In this document: in pieces, positions 55,001 to 64,000 of the stretch | Layout: the number at the start of each line of letters is the position of its first letter | Position numbering within the stretch: position 1 is the stretch's first letter | DNA from: Eledone cirrhosa | Lineage: Eukaryota | Assembly: GCA_964016885.1 (NCBI GenBank) | Contig: OZ024760.1 | Location: 19,964,001-20,028,000 of the forward strand | Direction of reading: 5' to 3' | DNA: 64,000 nt | Notes under the pieces: generated by a model | Database searches by the model: none | What the model saw: only the letters and a program-made list of their open reading frames with translations | What the model was told of the DNA's origin: nothing | Translations under genes and position numbers: made by a program

Positions 55001-55128
55001 TATGTCAGTATGACATTTCTAAGTGTTAAGATATACTTTACATTGACCATTGTAAATTTCTTGAAATGCTGTTTTTGTCTTATAATTCTGACACTAAAAT
55101 GCTGTTTTTATATGCACCACACACACAC

Positions 55129-55159
<31 letters not shown>

Positions 55160-55199
55160 CACATACGTCTATATATACATACATATATACATATATATA

Positions 55200-55375
55200 T
55201 TTATTAAAATAACAGATTAAAGTTTAAGCAAAGAATTGCTGCTTTCACCTTTGACAAGATCTTCTTTAATCTGTTATTTTAATAAATATTTGCTCTAAGG
55301 TTCTTATGTATTTGATATATATTTATCCTTATCGAGCCCTCTTTGGATTTTAGTCTTCACATTTATTATTATTAC

Positions 55376-55380
<5 letters not shown>
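55200..55380. mobile_element. Penelope-like 3' end with short inversion (family of 40330-40480)
   Basis: Shared ~100-bp tail; half core GAAAGC..GCTT; inverted ttaatctgttattttaataa. Confidence 0.55.
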
Positions 55381-55444
<64 letters not shown>

Positions 55445-55552
55445 AAACACACTAAAGAGTGTCTGTTTATCAACACACACTCTCTCTCTAGTGTGTTTTC
55501 TTCTCTATATTATATTTGAAGAGCTCGTGAATTACAGGGACTCCGTTACTTC

Positions 55553-55604
<52 letters not shown>

Positions 55605-55648
55605 TAAAAAAACTAAAAATCAGTGATGCATCTGGACTCAGTTTATTG

Positions 55649-55739
55649 CGTGTTACAATTGTTTCCCCGGCAGGTAGCTCGAGACATGGTCCCTGTATGG
55701 ATCTGGCTGATTCTATGGCTGCAGGTTCCTTCGGACACG
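55649..55739 (-). ncRNA. Decayed hammerhead
   Basis: cgtgt CCGAAGG..GAAAC aatt GTA acacg; two core changes. Confidence 0.4.
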
Positions 55740-55957
55740 GGTAGTTCGTTCGGAGCAAATTTTCTCACTCAGAGTTTTTTTATACTATCCACACTCTGCT
55801 CTGTATGAATATTGAGTGCTAATTTTGGCATACTGCCTATGGAAGCACCATAGCTACCATTATACACATGTATATATATATATATATATATATCATCATC
55901 ATCATCATCATTTAACATCCATTTTCCATGCTATATATATATTATATATATAAAATA

Positions 55958-56146
55958 ATGGTTTCTATTTTTGGCACAAGGCCAGCAATTTCCCCAGTGA
56001 ATTACTGGTACTTTCTTTTATCGACCCCGTAAGGATGAAAGGCAAAGTTAACCGCGGCAGGATTTGAACTCAGAAAGTAAACGGCCATAACTCTATGCTG
56101 CAATGCATGGTGTCTGGCACTCTACCGATACTAGCAAACCACTGCC
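55958..56146 (-). mobile_element. SINE family B
   Basis: As other copies. Confidence 0.82.
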
Positions 56147-56239
56147 CTTACATATTTAATAATAACCGGGGTCCTAACTCTTTTCATATATATATATATA
56201 TATATATATATTACGTAATAAACAACATAAGACAATTAT

Positions 56240-56308
56240 TCCATTTACCAAAGGTTTCACGAAAACATGCGGGCTCAACAGAGACGTCTGAAATCGCTCA
56301 TCAGCATA
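56240..56308 (-). ncRNA. Hammerhead (family of 1027-1097), stem I 5' strand lost
   Basis: CTGATGA gcga..tcgt GAAACC ttt GGTA aatgga. Confidence 0.6.
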
Positions 56309-56363
56309 CATAGAGCACTCTACTTTCCTTTACGCTTCCTACGGAAATACTTCCTATACAGCC

Positions 56364-56414
<51 letters not shown>

Positions 56415-57001
56415 TATATAGGCTGTGTTTTCTGGGTCGATATTAAATATATCGCTACCTACCTACACCCCACTCCCCTAATAAACCATCTACCATCTAC
56501 CCAATCCTTCTGCCACCAACACACAACAACACTCCCCCTTATTACACTTGTATTGTTATCATCAGATAAATATATTGATTCACCCACCACATATAAACAT
56601 TCTCTCCTATGACTTCATATTAGAACTGTGTTCTTTGATGTAAGCTTTCAAACGATACTGTTATTATTTTTTTCACCAAATTATTGCTTTTAAATGTATA
56701 ATTCCTATTATGAATTCTATATTAGCTTTTGTTGTTTTCGTTATTCGATATTTTGAAAAAAATATTTTTTTTTTATAACAAATAAATTTAGACTGCCACT
56801 TGTAACTTCTCACTCGTTATCTGTTATATATCATCTATATATATATATAACTACATATATGTGTGTATATATGTATATATATATATAACTACATGTATAT
56901 ATATATATATGTGTGTGTGTCTGTGTATATAACTTCTCACTTTCTCGTTATCTGTTGTTATATATCGTGATTTTTAATATGAATTATTGTATATTATATA
57001 T

Positions 57002-57083
<82 letters not shown>

Positions 57084-57188
57084 ATAGATAGAGAAAGAGA
57101 GGCAGAAGTAAGTAGATAGATGGATAAATAGATAGATATAGATAAATAGATATGATCCACCATTGGCAGAAGAAAGTCTTCAATAGCT

Positions 57189-58401
57189 TTAACCCTTTAG
57201 CATTTAAATCACCCGTATCAGGCTAGAATTCTCTCACCTCTCTCTGTTCAAACCGGCCGTAACTGGCCACTCATACTGATGTTAAGGTATTGTTCTCAAA
57301 ATAAATAAAATCAAAATCTCATAGATTTGATATTATATTAAATATCCAAACAAAAATCTATAATAAACGCTTCTGTTCCAGTTTTAGGTTCAATGGTGTT
57401 ATCTCCCCCTTGTGTATTTGGTATTGTATACGTTATTGATGGAATTCAGAATCAATCAATACTGAATATTGAACAGTTGAACTTTAAACATTAACCCTTT
57501 AGCATTTAAACTGACCGTATCTGGCCAGAATTCTCTCACCTCCTTCTGTTCAAACCGGCCACAAGCGACCACTCATACTGATGTTCAGGTATTGTTCTCA
57601 AAATGAATAATACCAAAATCTCATAGATTCGATATTATGTGAGATATTACCATGACAATATAATAGTAAATGTAAATATAGAGTAATGTAAATGTTATGT
57701 GAGATATTATGTGAGGTAAAGCCTTTACTGTGAAAATACAATAGTATATATAGAGTAATGTAAATGTTATGTGAGATATTATGTGAGGTAAACCTTTACC
57801 GTGAAAATACAATAGCATATATAGAGTAATGTAATTATGTGAGATATTATGTGAGGTAAAGCCTTTACTGTGAAAATACAATAGTATATATAGAGTAATG
57901 TAAATGTTATGTGAGATATTATGTGAGGTAAACCTTTACTGTGAAAATACAATAGTCTATATAGAGTAATATAATTGTTATGTGAGGTAAAGCCTTTACT
58001 GTGAAAATACAATAGTATATATAGAGTAATGTAAATGTTATGTGAGATATTATGTGAGGTAAACCTTTACCGTGAAAATACAATAGTATATATAGAGTAA
58101 TGTAATTGTTATGTGAGATATTATGTGAGGTAAAGTCTTTACTGTGAAAATACAATAGTATATATAGAGTAATGTAAATGTTATGTGAGATATTATGTGA
58201 GGTAAACCTTTACCATGAAAATACAATAGCATATATAGAGTAATTGTTATGTGAGATATTATGTGAGGTAAAGCCTTTACTGTGAAAATACAATAGTATA
58301 TATAGAGTAATGTAAATGTTATGTGAGATATTATGTGAGGTAAACCTTTACTGTGAAAATACAATAGTAAATATAGAGTAATGTAAATGGTAATGGGTTA
58401 A
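57189..58401. mobile_element. piggyBac-type MITEs, the second (57491-58401) with a ~72-bp x~10 internal array
   Basis: TTAACCCTTTAGC starts at 57189 and 57491; end GGG|TTAA at 58395-58401. Confidence 0.87.
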
Positions 58402-58809
58402 TAATTAATGAGAAAAAAAAATCAGTTTTATGACTGAATCTCTCCAAATTCTTGATTATTTTCAAAATTATTTGAAACACAGGCAATGTTTTTCGTTAAA
58501 AAATATAACAAAAGACTTAAGACAATTATAAGCATTATATTAACTGTTTAACAATATTTTTAGTTTAGTGAAACCTAAATAGATATTTTGATTCCACCCC
58601 AACATTTTGGAGTAAATAGTATTCATTATTTTCTCTTTTAAGTCTTTGTTTAGTTCTTCCATCTTTGGCTCCCTCACAAAATAACGTCTGATATTCTGAT
58701 TTCATTTCATTCGATTTTGCTTTAAACAAGAAATCTTGATTAATTATTTTATATCTGAACTGATCATTGTATTTTCTAGTTTTCTTCGACTCACTCCCTC
58801 TCTCTCTCA

Positions 58810-58883
<74 letters not shown>

Positions 58884-58963
58884 TTTTACATACACAAAAA
58901 TATATATACATTTTTATATATATATATATATATACATTTTTACATACACAAAAATATATATCC

Positions 58964-59038
<75 letters not shown>

Positions 59039-59188
59039 TTTTACATACACAAAAATATATATACATTTTTATTTATATATATATATACATTTTTACATAC
59101 ACAAAAATATATATACATTTTTATTTATATATATATATATACATTTTTACATACACAAAAATATATATACATTTTTACATGCAAAAAA

Positions 59189-59261
<73 letters not shown>

Positions 59262-59276
59262 GGTGTCCCCCAAATG

Positions 59277-59341
59277 ATGTATACACACTTCAACACCATT
59301 CTAATATGTCTGTATATATTTTTAGAGGACACACTGAATAT
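59277..59341. mobile_element. Tiny Tc1/mariner-type MITE
   Basis: cagggtgtcccc ... gaggacacactg imperfect TIRs in TA context. Confidence 0.45.
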
Positions 59342-59633
59342 ATAGATATATATTTACAGTATATATCATCATCGTTTTTCATTTTTACATCCACTTGTCC
59401 ACATATATATATAAATATATATATATACAGTATATATATATATATATACACATATATATTTGTGTATATATATACTGTATATGTCCATCTCCCCTTGTCT
59501 GTCTGTCTGTGATTCTCTCATCAATACAGAGATTGTTTTGTCTATTTTGGCAGCAACTAAACATTTATTACCATTAATACACATTTACTTACTACTACTA
59601 CTACTACTACTACTACCACTACTACCACTACTA

Positions 59634-59670
<37 letters not shown>

Positions 59671-59707
59671 CACTACTACTATTACCACTAATACTACTAC
59701 TACCACC

Positions 59708-59747
<40 letters not shown>

Positions 59748-60197
59748 GAGTAATACAAATGTGAGACAAAAGACAAACTATATTTCATGGACTCACACAA
59801 AGAAATTATTGGGAAAGCCTAACGATTTCTTTAGAATGAAACAGTTCTAGTCCTGTAGAAGCCATTTCTATTAAATTTTGTATATACTCTACTAATGTAT
59901 TGAGTACTTCATTTACTGTGGTTAATACCAATTTTACCCTGGAATTTACACACACACACACACATATATAATAATAATAAGGAAATTATTGTTTACAGTG
60001 TTCAGGTGCACTACAACTCATCAAAGGTGCATGTATATATATATATATATATATATTGCCATTGGAAAGGGCATCCAGCCATAGAAAATCAGCCAGAAAC
60101 ACCCCTATATGAGCGAGACACGGTCACCTGACGCAACTTGCCTCTAAATTGGACCGGTCTAACCCATGCTAGCATGGAAGATGGACGTTAATTGATG

Positions 60198-60228
<31 letters not shown>

Positions 60229-60383
60229 CAGACACACATATATGTATATTATCATCATCATTTTACGTCCGCGGACGTAAAATGATGATGAAATGATGAT
60301 ATATATACACGATATGGTCCACCTGGTTTACCACACTTTCTCTGTGTATATATATATATATATATACATACATATATATATAT

Positions 60384-60440
<57 letters not shown>

Positions 60441-60456
60441 CATATATATATGTATG

Positions 60457-60532
<76 letters not shown>

Positions 60533-60537
<5 letters not shown>

Positions 60538-61133
60538 GTGAACGACAAAGCATAAATGAATTGAGAGAGAGACTGAGCATAAGAGGAATCAAATGCTGCG
60601 TGCAGGAGAGGCGGTTACGCTGGTATGGACATGTGATGCGTATGAAGGATGACAGCTGCATAAAAGGTGCAGAGCACTAGAAGTTGATGGAAACCGCGGA
60701 GTGGGGAGACCCAAGATGACTTGGGATGAGGTGATAAAAGCCGACCTTACCCAACTACACCTCTCAAAGTCAATGACACACGACCGTGACTTCTGGCGTC
60801 ACGCAGTAATACAGGGTACCCGACCTCCCATGGGTACATGCTGAAGCATATAAACAATATGCCCCCCCCCCCCACCGCAAGGTGGTCGTGGAGGTGCCAC
60901 GGCAAAAAAGCACCCAGCCCACACTGTAAAGTGGACGTGTAGGCGCCACGAAAAAGCACCCAGCACTCACTGTAAATGAGGTTGGTGTTAGGAAGGGCAT
61001 CCAGCTGTAGAAATCAAGCCAGATCAGTTCCTGTATGAGCAAGGCATGGTCAGCCGACCAGACACTGCCCACAACAGGACAACCCGTCTAACCCATGCTA
61101 GCGTGGAAGAACGGACGTAAAACGGTGATGATG

Positions 61134-61134
<1 letters not shown>
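60533..61134 (+). mobile_element. RTE composite, near-identical to 2241-2858
   Basis: Same 5' start tatacgtgaacgacaaagc; 1-nt deletion near 60663 shifts the frame. Confidence 0.9.
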
Positions 61135-61179
<45 letters not shown>

Positions 61180-61180
61180 G

Positions 61181-61230
<50 letters not shown>

Positions 61231-61332
61231 TACACACAGAGAAAGTGTGGTAAACCAGGTGGACCATATCGCACCAGAGTTCGGATCTAGGTGTTGAAAC
61301 AGCTGGAGCTCAGCTGTCGGGCTCCTGACTCT

Positions 61333-61374
<42 letters not shown>

Positions 61375-61432
61375 ATATATGTGTGCGTGTGTGTATGTAT
61401 GTGTGTATGTATACACATGCAAGGGAGAAGAA

Positions 61433-61469
<37 letters not shown>

Positions 61470-61472
<3 letters not shown>

Positions 61473-61672
61473 CGAAGGAATTGTGGTAAGGAACCAGGTG
61501 GACCATAACGCACCAGAGTACTCAATATTTAGGGTAGTAGAGTGGGTAATAGGAAAAAGTATGACCCCGACGGCAGAGCTCAAGCCGTTTCGATGGCTAT
61601 TTCTGAACTTAAAAGTCCAAATAGCCGTCGATACGGCTTGAGCTCTGCCGTCGATGTCATATTTTTTCCTAT
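61470..61672. mobile_element. Penelope-like fold-back (family of 29676)
   Basis: Palindrome ~61548-61672 centred in hammerhead stem II. Confidence 0.7.
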
Positions 61673-61997
61673 TGTATATATATATATATATATATTATTC
61701 TATTCCCTAGCATGTATATTTCCAGTGGAAGTTATTTTGGAAGCAGGATATATCTTAGTATCTTATCAAACTCTGTATATCTTCTTCATTTTCTTCTTCT
61801 TCTTCTCTTTCTTCTTCTTCTTCTATTCTTCTTCTTATTATTATTTGCCTTCTTCTTCTGTGAGACAAAGACAGAAAGTTCTAGAAATGCAATCAACAAA
61901 TCTCTAAAGTAGATTGCTATGACATTCTTCAACTTAGTGTACATTGGTACATTGTATATATATATATAGGATTAGATATTTGGTTAGTTATGTAATT

Positions 61998-62176
61998 GTT
62001 ACTACTTTTGGCACAAGGCCAGTAATTACCCAGTGCATTACTGGTACTTTATTTTATCAACCGCGAAAGGATGAAAGGCAAAGTTAACTTCGGTGGGATT
62101 TGAACTCAGACCGTAAAGGGACGTAACTATGCTGGAAAGCATGGCGTCTGACTCTCTACCGATACTGCAGTCCACT
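61998..62176 (-). mobile_element. SINE family B
   Basis: As other copies. Confidence 0.82.
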
Positions 62177-62236
62177 GTTGTATGTATATATGTGTGTGTG
62201 TATATATATATATATGTGTGTGTGTGTATTTGTATG

Positions 62237-62267
<31 letters not shown>

Positions 62268-62535
62268 TATATATAGGAAAAGAGTCAGGACCCCTGATCC
62301 TCCTGGTATATGTGTGTGTGTGTGTGTGTGAGGGTAGACAAACAATTATAAGCTTTCTGGAGATGTGTGATAAATTATTAAGTATTGCATATGATTGAAA
62401 AAAATATATTGTAGTCAGCATATGTAGACTATTATAATAAACACGGAAACATATGTTAAGGCAAATAAATTCTTACTCTCCTTTCACGCAGAAGTCTATA
62501 TCTTTCTTGGTGCAATACTTGCTTATATTATATAT

Positions 62536-62579
<44 letters not shown>

Positions 62580-62890
62580 TATATATATATATAGAGAGAG
62601 AGAAAGAGAGAGAGTCCATGCGAACATGAAAAGTGGGTGTAAAGTGATGATGATGATAACAGGATAAATAAACAAAAACAAGTTCCAGTTTATGATAATT
62701 TATTTTTTATGCTTATTCATTGATTGTTGACTTGACTGTTAGGTTGTTGTCCAGATGGCGTCCTTAAGGAGTAATCTATTTTGTAGAATTACTTTGATTA
62801 GTAGATAAAGCCTCATAACAGTTGATTGATACTTGGAAATATTATTGATTTCGGATCAATAACGATAAAAACACATTGACCTAATTTTTT

Positions 62891-62976
<86 letters not shown>

Positions 62977-63026
62977 CTCTCTCTCCCGCCCCCCTCTCTC
63001 TATCCATCTATCCATCCATCTATCTA

Positions 63027-63405
63027 CTTTTTTTCAAATACCACTTTGGAAGAAGAATCAGGATGGAGAGAGAGGTGCTGTACCCCAGCAAGTTTTATGA
63101 AAGGTGGGTGAAAGTGGCGAGAATGGCCCGAGTGAATGGGCCTTCTCTCTATATCAGCCTGTAAGTTGAGGAAAAAGAGGAAGAGAGGAAAGGGGTACAA
63201 ACTCTTCGTACTCCTGGAGATGAGGGTTGCACATTTTTTCGGGGATATGTGTTACCCATATGAACTGTCTCCCCCTATTGGGGAAAATCGATTAATTTTT
63301 AAATTACATTTGTGATAACATTTTACACGTTTTTATTGTATGTAAACTTCCCCCTTTGTATTTGTCCCCTTCTTTTGTGCACCTGTGGCTAATAAAGAAA
63401 CATAT
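63027..63405 (+). mobile_element. Tx1/L1-like LINE 3' end in (TATC)n
   Basis: FFKYHFGRRIRMEREVLYPSKFYERWVKVARMARVNGPSLYISL*, 3'UTR ending aataaagaaacatatctatc. Confidence 0.7.
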
Positions 63406-63629
63406 CTATCTATCTCTATATCTATCTATCTATCTATTCCATTTCTCTCTTAGATTAAATCTTTTAGAAACAAAAGAGAATAGATAGATAGATAGAAAGA
63501 AAGAGAGAGTGAGAGAGAGAGAGAGAGGGGGAGAAACTTTTTAGCTGAAGTGGAGCAATGGGTACTTGCAAAGTTTTTGTTCGGGTTACTGATATAAGTA
63601 GAGAGGGTGTATGTGTATATATATATATA

Positions 63630-63679
<50 letters not shown>

Positions 63680-63752
63680 TATATATACATATGTATATGT
63701 ACACACGTATATATACATATACATATATATATATATATATATATGTACACAC

Positions 63753-63797
<45 letters not shown>

Positions 63798-63842
63798 CAC
63801 ACATATATATACATATACATATATATATATATGTACACACAC

Positions 63843-63877
<35 letters not shown>

Positions 63878-64000
63878 TATACATTGTGATTTATTTGATA
63901 TTTTTTCCATAATTTTACTGTCTTGAGAGAAGCAGTTAAGTCTGCTTAATGGAGCATTATAAGATTAAGAGAGAGAGAGAGATGGGGGGGGGACAGAGAG

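Noticed and set aside
62742-62775. GCCPDG peptide after a possible acceptor
   Set aside because: Stop within 11 codons and weak donor; likely chance

Overview
Repeat-saturated, AT-rich eukaryotic (animal) DNA. The SINE/LINE and microsatellite landscape strongly suggests a coleoid cephalopod, probably Octopus (inference). No complete protein-coding gene is evident: nearly all long ORFs in the track are microsatellite or minisatellite translations, and the rest are retroelement fragments. The window contains 3' fragments of RTE, Tx1/L1-like and CRE-like non-LTR retrotransposons, two tRNA-derived SINE families, piggyBac-type and mariner-type MITEs, and many tandem arrays grown inside dead elements. 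A few weak candidate exons on the + strand (e.g. 18835-18969, 24067-24105, 42378-42453) suggest it may be intronic. The main hidden signal is about 20 intact, degenerate or half type-I hammerhead ribozyme motifs (CUGANGA...GAAA...NUH) from several families. They sit in short Penelope-like (pseudo-LTR) remnants inserted in (TA)n, often as inverted fold-back duplications, and many share a downstream YACTC...GAGTRCT stem. All folding and translation was done by eye; coordinates of repeat edges are approximate.
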